Positions 19,803 to 29,989 of a stretch of 64,000 nucleotides of DNA are shown piece after piece. Source of the stretch: Candidatus Hydrogenedentota bacterium. Its GTDB lineage: Bacteria; Hydrogenedentota; Hydrogenedentia; Hydrogenedentales; SLHB01. The notes under the pieces are model-generated. The model was not told the origin of the DNA, did not search any database, and was given only the letters and a program-made list of their open reading frames with translations. The stretch spans positions 41,000-104,999 of the forward strand of contig JABWCD010000001.1 in NCBI GenBank assembly GCA_013359265.1, read 5' to 3'. The translations under genes and the position numbers were made by a program. Every line of letters starts with the position of its first letter. The stretch's first letter is position 1.

Positions 19803-21104
19803 ATGCGTCGAAATATTGTACACATGGGGGCGGGCAGCCTCAGTTACGAAATCCGCGAGATTGTGCTCGTGGCGCGGCAGATTCGCGAGATGGGCCAGAC
19901 AATCACGTGGGAGAACATCGGCGATCCCGTGCAGAAGGGCGAGATCGTTCCCGACTGGATTCGGGATATCGTGCGGGAGTTGGTTGACGATCCGAAGTCG
20001 TGGGCATACTGCGACACGGCGGGCGTGCCGGAAACACGCGAGTTCCTGGCGGGGAACGTGAACAAGCGGCCGGGCGGGCTGAAGATTACTACAGACGATA
20101 TCCTCTTCTTCAACGGTCTGGGCGACGCCGTCGCGAAGGTGTACGGGTTCCTGCGGCGCGAGGCGCGCATTTTAGGCCCGTCGCCCGCGTACAGCACACA
20201 CTCGTCCGCGGAGGCGGCGCATTCGGGGTACAACCACGTTACGTACAATCTCGACCCGTTCAACGGGTGGCAACCCGACGTGGACGATATCCGCAACAAG
20301 GTGAAGTACAACGATTCGATTGCGGGCATTTTGCTGCTGACGCCGGACAATCCGACCGGGGCGGTGTATCCGCGGGACGTATTGGAGGAGATTGCGGAGA
20401 TCGCGCGGCAGAACAAGATTTTTTTGATCACGGACGAAATCTACGCGCACATCGTTTATAACGGCAACGAGCGGTGCCATTTGAGCGAATGGATCGGCGA
20501 CGTGCCGGGGTTGGCCATGCGCGGCATCAGCAAGGAGTACCCGTGGCCGGGATCGCGGTGCGGCTGGCTCGAGGTATTGAACCGCGACAAGGACGAGAAC
20601 TTCGCCACGTATGTGAATAGCCTGCTCGCGGCCAAACGCCTGGAGGTTTCCTCGACGACCCTGCCGCAGATGTCTATCCCTAAAGTGATGGGTGACCCGC
20701 GGTACAAGGCACACCTGGACCGGCGCGAGGACATGTTCGACAGGCGCGCGGAACAGGCAGTGCGCGCGTTCGACGGATGCGACGAAGTGATCGTGAACAA
20801 GCCGGGCGGCGCGTTCTACTTTACGGTGATGTTCAAGCCCGGCGTGCTCAACGACACACAGACGCTCAAAATCGAGAACAAGCAAATCCGCGAGAAGATC
20901 GAACTCTTGGTCAAGAACGTGGCGCCGGACAAACGGTTTGTCTACTACCTCATGGGCGCAACGGGAATCGTTGTGGTGCCGCTGACGGGGTTCCAATGCG
21001 CGCACGACGGTTTCCGGATGACGCTGCTCGAAACCGACGACACGAAACGCGCCTGGATTTTCAAGACGCTGCGCGCGGCGATTGAGGAATACGTGAGTTC
21101 ATAA
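19803..21104 (+). CDS. PLP-dependent aminotransferase, class I/II fold
   Basis: About 433 aa; aminotransferase class I motifs (NPTGAVY, lysine region ISKEYPWPGSRCGW); followed by hairpin terminator. Confidence 0.8.
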   Translation: MRRNIVHMGAGSLSYEIREIVLVARQIREMGQTITWENIGDPVQKGEIVPDWIRDIVRELVDDPKSWAYCDTAGVPETREFLAGNVNKRPGGLKITTDDILFFNGLGDAVAKVYGFLRREARILGPSPAYSTHSSAEAAHSGYNHVTYNLDPFNGWQPDVDDIRNKVKYNDSIAGILLLTPDNPTGAVYPRDVLEEIAEIARQNKIFLITDEIYAHIVYNGNERCHLSEWIGDVPGLAMRGISKEYPWPGSRCGWLEVLNRDKDENFATYVNSLLAAKRLEVSSTTLPQMSIPKVMGDPRYKAHLDRREDMFDRRAEQAVRAFDGCDEVIVNKPGGAFYFTVMFKPGVLNDTQTLKIENKQIREKIELLVKNVAPDKRFVYYLMGATGIVVVPLTGFQCAHDGFRMTLLETDDTKRAWIFKTLRAAIEEYVSS

Positions 21105-21131
21105 GATATAGGATCCAAGAGTTGTCTGATA

Positions 21132-21159
21132 GGGGCGGCAATGCCGCCCTTTGCTCTTT
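21132..21159 (+). terminator. rho-independent terminator after aminotransferase gene
   Basis: Perfect 8-bp stem GGGCGGCA/TGCCGCCC with 1-nt loop followed by TTTGCTCTTT. Confidence 0.5.
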
Positions 21160-21354
21160 ATGCGGAAGAAATCGAGGGGGAACAATTGGTTCGTGGCGCT
21201 GCAGATGCCGGCGAAATCGCGAGAATCTGCACGATTACGAGTGCGGGCGCGAAGGCAAGTACGGGTGAAGTCATGCGGATTCTGCGCGTTGGGAAAGTGC
21301 GCATGCGCTGTTGTATTCTTGGATAGGTGCGAATACGGATAAACCCCGGCAGCC

Positions 21355-22026
21355 GTGCGGAGGTCAGGCACGGACCAATTGGCGCTCGAATGGAGCGCTA
21401 CGGAGGCTGCGGAGTTGGACACGGTCTATTTGCTGATGGGGGCGGTAGGATCGACCGTACTCATTCTTCAGTTCGCATTCACCCTCTTCGGCTTCGGCCA
21501 CCACGAACTCGACTCCAGCGGCCTTGACGCGGGCGGCGTGGACGTCGACCACGGCGTCGATGATGGACACGGCCACGGCGCGGACCACGGCGACGGTTCC
21601 GTCGTGTTCAAGATGCTGAGCTTTCGCGCGCTGGTCGCGGCGGTCACGTTTTTCGGGTGGAGCGGGCGTGCTGCGACGGAAAGCGGACTCAGTACGATGC
21701 GCGCGTTCAGCGTCGCCTTCGGCGCGGGCCTGCTCGCGATGTACGTTGTGGCGTGGCTGTTGCATCTCCTCACGAAACTGAATGCCGAAGGCAACGTCCA
21801 GATTGCGCAGGCCGTCGGAGCGAATGGCACGGTCTATCTCTCCATTCCCGGCAATCGCGAAGGCATCGGGAAGGTTCATGTCAACGTTCAGCAACGCACG
21901 ATGGAGTACAGCGCCGTCACGGCGGACGAAAAGCTCCCCACAGGAATGCCGATCGTCGTCGTGGGCGTGGTGGATAACGAAACGTTGGAAGTGCGGCCCG
22001 CGCCGCGCATGGAGGTCGTCGAGTAA
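21355..22026 (+). CDS. NfeD-family membrane protein (partner of flotillin)
   Basis: N-terminal TM helices, Gly/His/Asp-rich linker, C-terminal OB-fold-like segment; stop overlaps flotillin start; true start may be ATG at 21436. Confidence 0.65.
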   Translation: MRRSGTDQLALEWSATEAAELDTVYLLMGAVGSTVLILQFAFTLFGFGHHELDSSGLDAGGVDVDHGVDDGHGHGADHGDGSVVFKMLSFRALVAAVTFFGWSGRAATESGLSTMRAFSVAFGAGLLAMYVVAWLLHLLTKLNAEGNVQIAQAVGANGTVYLSIPGNREGIGKVHVNVQQRTMEYSAVTADEKLPTGMPIVVVGVVDNETLEVRPAPRMEVVE

Positions 22027-23678
22027 TGGGACCCATCTCGTTCTTTGCGATTGTCGGATCGGTACTGGTCGTGCTCAGTTCGTTCGTGCTGCTGATGGCG
22101 AAGCGGTACAAGCGGTGCCCGAGCAACCGCGTACTGGTGATTTACGGTAAGGTCGGCAGCGGCGAAACGGCGAAGTGCATCCACGGCGGCGCGGCGTTTG
22201 TGTGGCCGCTGATCAACGACTACGCGTTTCTAAGTCTCGAACCCATCCAAATCGAAATTCCGCTGAAGGACGCGCTGTCGGCGGAGAACATTCGCGTCAA
22301 CGTGCCAAGCGTGTTTACAGTCGCGATTGGCACGCAGAAAGAGTTTATGCAGAACGCGGCCATCCGCTTGCTCGGTCTGAACATTATGCAGATCAAGAAA
22401 CAGGCGGAAGACATCATCTTCGGTCAGATGCGGCAGGTAATCGCGTCGATGGGTATCGAGGAGATCAACAAGGACCGCGAAAAGTTTCTCCATAGCATTC
22501 AGACGTCGCTCGAACCCGAACTGCGCAAGATCGGTCTCGTGTTGATCAACGTGAACATCACGGACATTACCGACGAGTCGGGTTATATCGAGGCCATCGG
22601 GCAGAAGGCAGCGTCGCAGGCGGTGCAGCAGGCCCGCGGCGACGTGGCGGACCAGGTAAAGCTGGGCGAGGTGCGCGTGGCGCAGGCGGACCGGGACAAG
22701 CAGATTCAGGTCGCGGACGCGGGTAAGTTACGCAACATCGGTATTCGCGAGGCGCAGCGCGAACAGGCGGTTCGCGTGGCGGAGTTGGACAAAGAGCAGC
22801 AGACCGGCGAGCAGACGGCGGCGTTCCAGCGCGAGTCGCTGGTCAAGGAAGCGGAGCGCCAGAAGCGTATCGCCGTGGCGGAGGCTGAAGCGCACGCGGT
22901 GAAGGGCGAAAAGGACGCCGAGCGCGCGAAGCGCATCGCGGTCGCGGAGGCGAATGCCGTCGCCATCACTGGCGAGAATACGGCACAGGAAAAGGTCGCG
23001 CTGTCGAACGCCGAACTGCAGGTAAAGCAGGCGGAAGCGTATCAGATTGCCGAGACGCGCCGGCGTCAGGCCGAGGCGGCCGTGCTCGAGGCGCAAAACG
23101 TCGCGATGGCGAAGGCGGCGCTGGCGGAGGCCGAGCGCGTCGAGGCGGAACGCCGCGCGCAGCTCGAAGCGCCCGCCAAGGCACAAAAGGCGCAGACCAT
23201 CGTCGAGGCGGAGGCCTTGGCAGAGCGCATCCGTATTCAGGCGCAAGGCGAGGCGGCGGCAATCTACGCGAAGCTGGAGGCCGAGGCCAAAGGCCAATAC
23301 GAAATTCTCGCGAAGAAAGGCGAAGGCTTGCAGCGCATCGTCGAAGCGTGCGGCGGACCGAACCAGGCGTTCCAGATGCTGATGCTCGAACACCTAGACA
23401 ATCTCGCCGATTCCGCGGCGAAAGCGATCTCCAACATCAAGTTCGACAAAGTGATTGTTTGGGAAGGCGGCGGAAACGGTTCGGGGTCGAATACGGCGAA
23501 CTTCATTCAGGGCATGGCGCGGACGCTACCGCCGATGCTGCAAGTCATGCGCGACATCGGCGGAGTCGAATTGCCGGAGTCACTGATCAAATTGAGCGGC
23601 GAGAGTACCGACAGAAAGAAAGCCGAAGCTGCACCGGCCGCGGAAGAGAAGAAAACGCCCGCGCCTCCGAAGGCATAA
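22026..23678 (+). CDS. flotillin/SPFH (band 7) family protein
   Basis: N-terminal TM, SPFH domain, long Ala/Glu-rich coiled-coil (EAERQKRIAVAEAEA repeats) typical of FloT/YqiK. Confidence 0.85.
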   Translation: MGPISFFAIVGSVLVVLSSFVLLMAKRYKRCPSNRVLVIYGKVGSGETAKCIHGGAAFVWPLINDYAFLSLEPIQIEIPLKDALSAENIRVNVPSVFTVAIGTQKEFMQNAAIRLLGLNIMQIKKQAEDIIFGQMRQVIASMGIEEINKDREKFLHSIQTSLEPELRKIGLVLINVNITDITDESGYIEAIGQKAASQAVQQARGDVADQVKLGEVRVAQADRDKQIQVADAGKLRNIGIREAQREQAVRVAELDKEQQTGEQTAAFQRESLVKEAERQKRIAVAEAEAHAVKGEKDAERAKRIAVAEANAVAITGENTAQEKVALSNAELQVKQAEAYQIAETRRRQAEAAVLEAQNVAMAKAALAEAERVEAERRAQLEAPAKAQKAQTIVEAEALAERIRIQAQGEAAAIYAKLEAEAKGQYEILAKKGEGLQRIVEACGGPNQAFQMLMLEHLDNLADSAAKAISNIKFDKVIVWEGGGNGSGSNTANFIQGMARTLPPMLQVMRDIGGVELPESLIKLSGESTDRKKAEAAPAAEEKKTPAPPKA

Positions 23679-23729
23679 TCGAAGCCACCTGCGACACGCC
23701 CGACTTGAGATTGCCGACGGGGCATTTCG

Positions 23730-23800
23730 GGTGGGGCGAGGCTCCGTCCGAGCCGATCAGACTGAGTGCATAGGCGGCTCGGACAGAGCCTCGCCCCACC
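23730..23800. repeat. repeat family B inverted pair (GGCGGCTYGGWCNGAGCCTCGCCCCACCC), 27-bp stem hairpin between convergent genes
   Basis: 23730-23756 is reverse complement (1 mismatch) of 23774-23800; same 29-mer at 30441-30468. Confidence 0.65.
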
Positions 23801-23815
23801 CGTTCGTACCGCGTT

Positions 23816-24313
23816 TCAGTTGTTTCGCCCGTTCTGATCGTCGATGCCCAGCGGCGCTTGCCCGCGGATGCGGCGGAAGAAGTTGGTGAGCAGCGCGCCG
23901 CATTCGTCGGCGCAGAGGCCGGGCGCGACTATAGGCTGGTGGTTGAAGCGACGGTCTGCGAGCAAGTTCATGAGCGTGCCGCACGCGCCGGCCTTCGGGT
24001 CGTACGCGCCGAAATATACTTCCGCGACGCGCGCGAGGATAATCGCGCCGGCGCACATCGGGCAGGGCTCGAGCGTGACGAAGAGTTTGGTGTCTTCGAG
24101 CCGCCAACTGCCGAGGTGGTTCGCGGCCTGGGTTATCGCGAGGACCTCGGCGTGCGCGGTGGGGTCCTGCAACCGCTCGCGTTGGTTGTGCGCCTTGCCG
24201 ATGATCTCGCCGTTGTGAATGATCACGCAGCCGATGGGCACCTCGCCCTCTTCCTCCGCGCGCATCGCCTCGCGAATGGCGTATTGCATGTACCGTGAGT
24301 TGTCGTCCAGCAT
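23816..24313 (-). CDS. tadA: tRNA adenosine(34) deaminase TadA
   Basis: CDA zinc motifs HAEVLAI and PCPMCAGA; start chosen at MLDDNS (track ORF extends to 24469). Confidence 0.85.
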   Translation of the reverse strand: MLDDNSRYMQYAIREAMRAEEEGEVPIGCVIIHNGEIIGKAHNQRERLQDPTAHAEVLAITQAANHLGSWRLEDTKLFVTLEPCPMCAGAIILARVAEVYFGAYDPKAGACGTLMNLLADRRFNHQPIVAPGLCADECGALLTNFFRRIRGQAPLGIDDQNGRNN

Positions 24314-24429
24314 GCGGGGGATTGTGCGAAGCGCGCCCGGCCAAGTCAAACTGGATTGTGCGGAAGAGCGATGATTGCGATGCGCCGGTGTAGTCGGCCA
24401 TGCTCTTCGGAGCTTAGGGAGTTCCCACC

Positions 24430-25167
24430 ATGAACAATGTTCCTCGCATGACGCGTACACGAGTCGCATTGCGTGTAGTCCTCCTTACAGGATGCGCATT
24501 CGCGTTGGGATGTGTGTCCCGCCCATATCTTGTCGGCCTGTTTGACCGCGAACCCGTTCCGGCGGGGACGCCCACATCGCGGCCCGAGGGCACGGGTTGG
24601 ATCGATCTGCTGGACGAGGAGCATGCGGCGCTGTGGAAAAACGTGGGCGACGACATGGACATTTTTAAGGTGCAGGATGGTGTGCTGCACATTTTCGGGC
24701 GGACGGTGTATCCGTTGCGGTATGTGACGTATACGGGCGAGACGTTTGGCGATTTCGACCTGCATCTCGAGTATAAGGTTGCGCGGCGGGCAAACAGTGG
24801 CGTGTTCCTGCGTACGCAGCCGAACGATCCCGTGAACCGCGGGTTCGAGGTGCAAGTGTTGGACGACTTCGGAAAGCGCCCGACGAAGAACAGTTGCGGC
24901 GCGATTTACGATGTGGTCACGCCCATGTTCAACATGTCGCGACCCGCGGGCGAGTGGAATTCGTTTGATATTTCGGTGAAGGGGAAGAAGGTTGTCGTCG
25001 TAATGAACGGCTGGACGATCATCGATACGGACTTGAGCAAGATGACGACGCCGCTGGGGAAGTTTCCGATAGCCTACAACGATCTGCCGTTGGTGGGAAA
25101 CGTCGCGCTACAGGACCACGGCGGCGAGGTGTGGTATCGGAATGTGATGGTACGGCCGGCGGTGTGA
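24430..25167 (+). CDS. DUF1080 (3-keto-disaccharide hydrolase / LamG-like) domain lipoprotein
   Basis: Signal plus lipobox LTGCAF; motifs NSGVFLR, QDHGGEVWYRNV characteristic of DUF1080. Confidence 0.7.
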   Translation: MNNVPRMTRTRVALRVVLLTGCAFALGCVSRPYLVGLFDREPVPAGTPTSRPEGTGWIDLLDEEHAALWKNVGDDMDIFKVQDGVLHIFGRTVYPLRYVTYTGETFGDFDLHLEYKVARRANSGVFLRTQPNDPVNRGFEVQVLDDFGKRPTKNSCGAIYDVVTPMFNMSRPAGEWNSFDISVKGKKVVVVMNGWTIIDTDLSKMTTPLGKFPIAYNDLPLVGNVALQDHGGEVWYRNVMVRPAV

Positions 25168-25227
25168 TGGTTCGAATTGTTGGGTGCGTGTGCACGACTA
25201 AATTGGGTCAATTGGGTCCGATCCAAA

Positions 25228-25276
25228 GCGGAGCTTTTCAAGAGCGCGTTCCCGAGTCGGAGCTTGTGAACGAGGA
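25228..25276. repeat. repeat family A copy
   Basis: GCGGAGCTTTTCAAGAGCGCGTTCCCGAGTCGGAGCTTGTGAACGAGGA. Confidence 0.7.
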
Positions 25277-25279
25277 TGG

Positions 25280-25807
25280 TTAAGGCCCACGCTCAGCCGC
25301 CGGAGTGATGGCTCCGGAACGCCGGAATTCCACATGACCATCGGCGAAGAGACAATTCATGCCACGAGGGATATGTGCATCCTCGTGTTTCTCTTGAATA
25401 ACAATGACGTCTTTGTTTCCCTCGTCAGCGCCAGTTATCACGATCTCGTACGACGTCCACGAATCGATAGAGTTTAGATCGCCGACGACGTCGGTAGACG
25501 ACGGGCATACAAAGACCGACGGATTCGAGAGGTATTTGGGGTAGAGTTCGCTAAGGTTTTGCGGCAGTTGGTTGTTATGGTCGCCCGCGAACATCTTGCA
25601 CGAGATTCCGATTTGTTTGAGGTTGTTTTGGCACGATGCGCGGCGGGCGGCTTCACGGGCGCGGGCGAGGGCTGGCAGCAAGATTGCCGCGAGGATTGGG
25701 ATGAGCAGCGGCACTACGATGGCCACCGCGATGAGCAAACCCGGCGTTGAACTGGAACTCTTCACGCGCGGCGGCTGGAAATGAGGGATTGGCGGCGGCT
25801 CGGACAT
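25280..25807 (-). CDS. DUF1559 (H-X9-DG) family protein with degenerate prepilin-type N-terminus
   Basis: [10 protein letters not shown] and [10 protein letters not shown] motifs; N-terminal hydrophobic segment [14 protein letters not shown] lacks GFTLIE cleavage/methylation motif. Confidence 0.7.
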   Translation of the reverse strand: MSEPPPIPHFQPPRVKSSSSTPGLLIAVAIVVPLLIPILAAILLPALARAREAARRASCQNNLKQIGISCKMFAGDHNNQLPQNLSELYPKYLSNPSVFVCPSSTDVVGDLNSIDSWTSYEIVITGADEGNKDVIVIQEKHEDAHIPRGMNCLFADGHVEFRRSGAITPAAERGP

Positions 25808-26022
25808 GGCACTTCACCTCGCTCGTTGTGGCAGCAGTGTAACCCACTCGAAAGGCACTGCGGGAAAGCATATCACGCCCACTGTAGCGCTTCAATGGTC
25901 ATCCTACGTTGTCGTTAATGCACTGAGGCGTGCCGCCGCGTCAGTCAGCCAAGTCGGTTCGCCTCGGAGAACTGCCCGCCACCGCACTCCGCAAAGGCGA
26001 ACTTTCATATCGGGTTCTGCAA

Positions 26023-26937
26023 TTAGTTTGTGTCGCGCGTCAGCCAGAATTTGAGGGTCCTCGAAACCAAGTCCGGGGCGTCGTGGTGGACCCAGTGGTC
26101 GGCGTTAGGGACGGTGACGAGGGTGAGGTCGCTGCCGAGCCATTCCCAAGTGTCGTTGAGGGCCTTGTAGCCGAGGGCCTTGTCTTTGAGGCCGTGGAAC
26201 ATGAGGACAGGGACGTTGATTCTAACGACCGGGGACTCGTCCTGCGTGTAGGGTTCGTGCGGGTAGTTGACGCGGTAGTACGCGAGCATGGCGGAAAAGT
26301 CGGATTTCTTGAACGCATCGATGTAGCGCGCGGCGATTTCGGGGTCGCCTTTGGCGACGAAGCCGGCAAGGCTTTCGGCATCGATGGTTTGTTCGGCGCC
26401 GGGCTGCTGGAAGCCGCGGGCATAGGCGCTGTTTTTCTGTTGTTCGGGGTTGGTGGCGAGTTCGCGGGTGAAGCCGCGGGGGTGGGGCAGATTGCAGATG
26501 ACGAGGCGCTCGACCATATTCGGCATGTGCATGGCGAACTGCCACGCGATGGCGCCGCCCCAGTCGTGCCCGACAACGATCGCTTTTTCCACACCTTGCG
26601 CTTTAATCACCGCCGCGACGTCGCCGAGCAGGTGCGGAACGGCGTAGTTCTCGTCGCCCGATGGATTGTCGCTCAAGTTGTATCCGCGGAGGTCCATCGC
26701 GACGCATTTGAACTGGCCCGAGAGCGCGGCCATCTGGTGTCGCCACGAATACCAGAAGTCGGGGAAGCCGTGGACCATGACGACAACAGGGCCTTCGCCG
26801 AGCGCGGCGTAGTGAATCTTCACCCCGTTGTTGTCGGCGTAGCCGTGCTGTACCTGATCGAAGATGTCCGCGGGCGGTTCCGCGGACGCGATCGCGATCG
26901 CCGCGAAGCAACAAACAAGGGCCGTAAGTACGCGCAT
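26023..26937 (-). CDS. alpha/beta hydrolase (epoxide-hydrolase-like) with signal peptide
   Basis: [10 protein letters not shown] oxyanion region, nucleophile elbow GHDWGG; GGAGG RBS 8 nt upstream of ATG at 26937. Confidence 0.8.
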   Translation of the reverse strand: MRVLTALVCCFAAIAIASAEPPADIFDQVQHGYADNNGVKIHYAALGEGPVVVMVHGFPDFWYSWRHQMAALSGQFKCVAMDLRGYNLSDNPSGDENYAVPHLLGDVAAVIKAQGVEKAIVVGHDWGGAIAWQFAMHMPNMVERLVICNLPHPRGFTRELATNPEQQKNSAYARGFQQPGAEQTIDAESLAGFVAKGDPEIAARYIDAFKKSDFSAMLAYYRVNYPHEPYTQDESPVVRINVPVLMFHGLKDKALGYKALNDTWEWLGSDLTLVTVPNADHWVHHDAPDLVSRTLKFWLTRDTN

Positions 26938-27020
26938 TGGAAAAACCTCCATAGAGCTGATGCAGTCCAATCGAGCGGGCATGATATCCGTTTCGTCCCG
27001 CCCCGCAAAAGGGCCAATCC

Positions 27021-27050
27021 TTGAACGATTCCGGCGAAGGCGGCTAGAAT
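27021..27050 (+). promoter_or_regulatory. candidate sigma70-type promoter for sigma factor gene
   Basis: TTGAAC - 18 nt - TAGAAT, about 110 nt upstream of start 27162. Confidence 0.4.
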
Positions 27051-27161
27051 GCGGCGCAAACGGAACTGTGCGGCAGCCGTTTCGGGGCCGGCGCATCTGC
27101 AAGGCGCGCGCGGGAATTTGGTGCGTGTGGCGCCGCAGTTACGGGAACCCTAGGAGAGCGG

Positions 27162-27992
27162 ATGTCGGACCTTCGTGAGAGCGGGCTGAGCACGTACCTC
27201 GCCGAAATCTCGCGCATACCGCTGTTATCGTCCGCGGAAGAAATCCGCCTCGCCCAACTCGCGCAGAAGCACGACGGCGAAGCGCGCCGCAAGCTTATCG
27301 TATCGAACCTGCGGCTTGTCGTGAGCATCGCGAAAAAGTATTTGTACTTCGGCTTGCCGTTGCAGGACTTGATCGAGGAGGGCAACATCGGCCTGATGAA
27401 GGCGGTCGATCGGTACGACCCGACGCGCGGATGCAAGTTCTCGACGTATGCGACGTGGTGGATTCGGCAGGCAATCACGCGCGCGCTCTCAAACTACGGG
27501 CGCACGGTGCGCATTCCGGTGTACGTGACCGACAACGTGTCGCGCTACAAGAAGACAGCCGAAGAACTGTACATCAAATCCGGCAAACGCCCCGAACCGG
27601 AAGAAGTGGCCGAGGCGATGGGAATCAAGAAGGCCGAGGCGCTCAAGCTGCAGGCGTTCGTCGAAGACGTCTCCCCGCTGGACAACATGGAATCGACGAG
27701 TGACGACGAAGGGCGTGGGATACCGGAGAGCATCGAACCGCGGCGAATCGACGAGGCGATCGCGCAGATCGAACTCGATCAGCAACTCGACGAGATCATG
27801 AAGCAGCTCTCGCCGCGCGAGCAGAATATCGTGAAGTACCGCTATGGTCTTGTGGATGGGCACGCGCACACGTTGGAGCAGACGGGGCGCTATTTCAATC
27901 TCACGCGCGAGCGCATCCGGCAGATTGAGAACGATGTAATGAAGCGGCTGCGGAAGTTTGTCGCGGAACGGCAGGACGATTTTAGTCCGTAG
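27162..27992 (+). CDS. RNA polymerase sigma factor, sigma-70 family (RpoD/RpoS-like, regions 2-4, no region 1.1)
   Basis: Region 2 motifs [30 protein letters not shown]; region 4 [22 protein letters not shown]; 276 aa. Confidence 0.85.
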   Translation: MSDLRESGLSTYLAEISRIPLLSSAEEIRLAQLAQKHDGEARRKLIVSNLRLVVSIAKKYLYFGLPLQDLIEEGNIGLMKAVDRYDPTRGCKFSTYATWWIRQAITRALSNYGRTVRIPVYVTDNVSRYKKTAEELYIKSGKRPEPEEVAEAMGIKKAEALKLQAFVEDVSPLDNMESTSDDEGRGIPESIEPRRIDEAIAQIELDQQLDEIMKQLSPREQNIVKYRYGLVDGHAHTLEQTGRYFNLTRERIRQIENDVMKRLRKFVAERQDDFSP

Positions 27993-28118
27993 ATGATTTC
28001 GCGCGGGACCGACATCCCCCTAAATCCCCCTTCAAAGGGGGACTGAATACGAATGAGAAGAAATTGGCTCAATACAGAAGTTCCTTCGGATCTACTTGAG
28101 AAAGGGAAGTCGTTCGAA

Positions 28119-28640
28119 ATGGATCTTGCTTCGCTGATTCGGAATGTGCCGGACTTTCCGGTGCCGGGCATTCAGTTCAAAGACATCACAACGCTGCTGC
28201 TGCATCCCGCGGCGTTCCGGTTCATTATCGACGGGTGGAAGGCGCGATACGCGAACAAGAACCTCTCGGCGATCGTCGGCGCGGATGCGCGGGGGTTTGT
28301 GTTCGGCGGCGCGCTGGCGTACGCGATGGGGCTCCCGCTTGTGCTTGCGCGCAAGAAGGGCAAGCTGCCCGCGGACACCATCGAGGAAGAATACGCACTG
28401 GAATACGGCACGGCGACACTCGAGATTCATCGCGATGCGCTGAAGAAGGGCGACCGAGCGGTGTTGGTGGACGATTTGTTGGCGACCGGCGGCACCATGC
28501 GCGCCATCGCAAACATGGTCGAAGACCTCGGCGCGGAGATTGTCGAGATAGCGTTTGTGGTGGAGCTGCCGCCGCTCAAGGGGCGCCTGAAGCTGGAACC
28601 GCATCCGGTGCATTCGCTGGTGGAATTCATGGTGGACTAG
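28119..28640 (+). CDS. apt: adenine phosphoribosyltransferase
   Basis: PRPP-binding motif VLVDDLLATGGT; Apt N-term DLASLIRNVPDFPVPGIQFKDIT. Confidence 0.85.
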   Translation: MDLASLIRNVPDFPVPGIQFKDITTLLLHPAAFRFIIDGWKARYANKNLSAIVGADARGFVFGGALAYAMGLPLVLARKKGKLPADTIEEEYALEYGTATLEIHRDALKKGDRAVLVDDLLATGGTMRAIANMVEDLGAEIVEIAFVVELPPLKGRLKLEPHPVHSLVEFMVD

Positions 28641-28652
28641 AAAGAGGAATCA

Positions 28653-29480
28653 ATGCAGTCGTTGGTAAGTAAGGACATTCAGATTATTCGCGATACGGAG
28701 CGCGGCCGGTTCAAGTACGCGCTGTTCGATTTTGACGGCACTGTCAGCCTGTTGCGTGAGGGATGGCAACAGGTCATGGGGCCGCTCATGGTGGAGATGA
28801 TTTGCGGAGACGCGACGCCCACTCCGGAAATCGAGAAAGCATGCGCGGACTATATCGACGAATCGACGGGGATCAATACCATCCTCCAGATGGAACACCT
28901 CGTGAAAATGGTGCGCGAGTACGGTCTGGTGCCGGAGGACAAGATTCTCGACGCGCACGGGTACAAGGCCATCTACAACGAGCGATTGATGGTGCGCGTG
29001 CGCGAACGCATCGAGCAGTTGCGCGCGGGCACGCTGCCGCTCGAACAGGTCACGGTGCGCGGATCGATCGAATTCGTGAAGGCGCTCGCATCGCGCGGGT
29101 TGCAGATGTACATCTTTAGCGGCACCGATCGCGACGACGTGCGCAATGAGTCGTCGCTTGTCGGGGTGGCGCCGTACTTCGCGGAAATCTGGGGCGCACT
29201 GCGCACCTACGCCGAAAGCAACAAGGAGATGATCATCAAACAGATCATCGCCAACCACGATCTACACGGAACGGAGGTACTCGTCGTCGGCGACGGGCCG
29301 GTCGAAATCCGCCTCGCGCACGAGCACGGCTGCGTTTCGGTGGGTGTGTGTTCGGACGAATTGCGTGGCCACGGCTGGAGCGAGGAGAAGCGCGAGCGAC
29401 TAACGAAGGCCGGGGCGGATATTCTCATACCCGACTTCGGCGAGAATGAGGCGTTGTTGGAGTATTTGTTCCCGGGGTAA
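28653..29480 (+). CDS. HAD-superfamily hydrolase
   Basis: Motif I FDFDGTV, motif IV-like VVGDGPVEIRLAHE. Confidence 0.7.
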   Translation: MQSLVSKDIQIIRDTERGRFKYALFDFDGTVSLLREGWQQVMGPLMVEMICGDATPTPEIEKACADYIDESTGINTILQMEHLVKMVREYGLVPEDKILDAHGYKAIYNERLMVRVRERIEQLRAGTLPLEQVTVRGSIEFVKALASRGLQMYIFSGTDRDDVRNESSLVGVAPYFAEIWGALRTYAESNKEMIIKQIIANHDLHGTEVLVVGDGPVEIRLAHEHGCVSVGVCSDELRGHGWSEEKRERLTKAGADILIPDFGENEALLEYLFPG

Positions 29481-29487
29481 ATCGTCG

Positions 29488-29973
29488 ATGCCAGCAAGAA
29501 CTACAGGCGTTTACGGACGGCGTGATTTAATCTCGGCGGGAATTCTGGGTGCGGTCCTCGTCTTACCGCCGTTAGCATGTATACAGATAGCCAGGTGGCG
29601 CCCGCGACAGTTCTATAAGCGATATCACCTACTTGAAATCGGCATGACCGAGGCGAGGATCGCCGAAATCTTTGATAGGGCGCCGGATCAAGTGTGCGGA
29701 CTGGGCAGCAACCGCATCGTATATTACCGCAGAGGCGCCATTGGTGATACGCGCCCGAGCCCAGGCTTCTTGACCATTTCCAACATGACGGAAATTCCGT
29801 CGCATTTCGGGTGCGCGCAACTCTTGTTCGACACTCACGGGCGCCTGAGCGCATATACTGTCGTTCGAGAAGAGGTCTCGGTGACCACGCGAGAAGGCAA
29901 GTTTAGGGGAGATAACATCAGGCAACTTGATGTGACACTATTTGAAAGGCTTCGCTTGCCCGTGAAGGAATGA
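29488..29973 (+). CDS. hypothetical membrane-anchored protein
   Basis: ATG at 29488, N-terminal TM ISAGILGAVLVLPPLA; no recognisable domain. Confidence 0.35.
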   Translation: MPARTTGVYGRRDLISAGILGAVLVLPPLACIQIARWRPRQFYKRYHLLEIGMTEARIAEIFDRAPDQVCGLGSNRIVYYRRGAIGDTRPSPGFLTISNMTEIPSHFGCAQLLFDTHGRLSAYTVVREEVSVTTREGKFRGDNIRQLDVTLFERLRLPVKE

Positions 29974-29989
29974 CTTGCACTTGAAGAAA

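Noticed and set aside
25930-27024. 364-aa plus-strand ORF
   Set aside because: Antisense to a well-supported alpha/beta hydrolase gene; Arg/Gly/Val-rich composition typical of GC-rich antisense frames.
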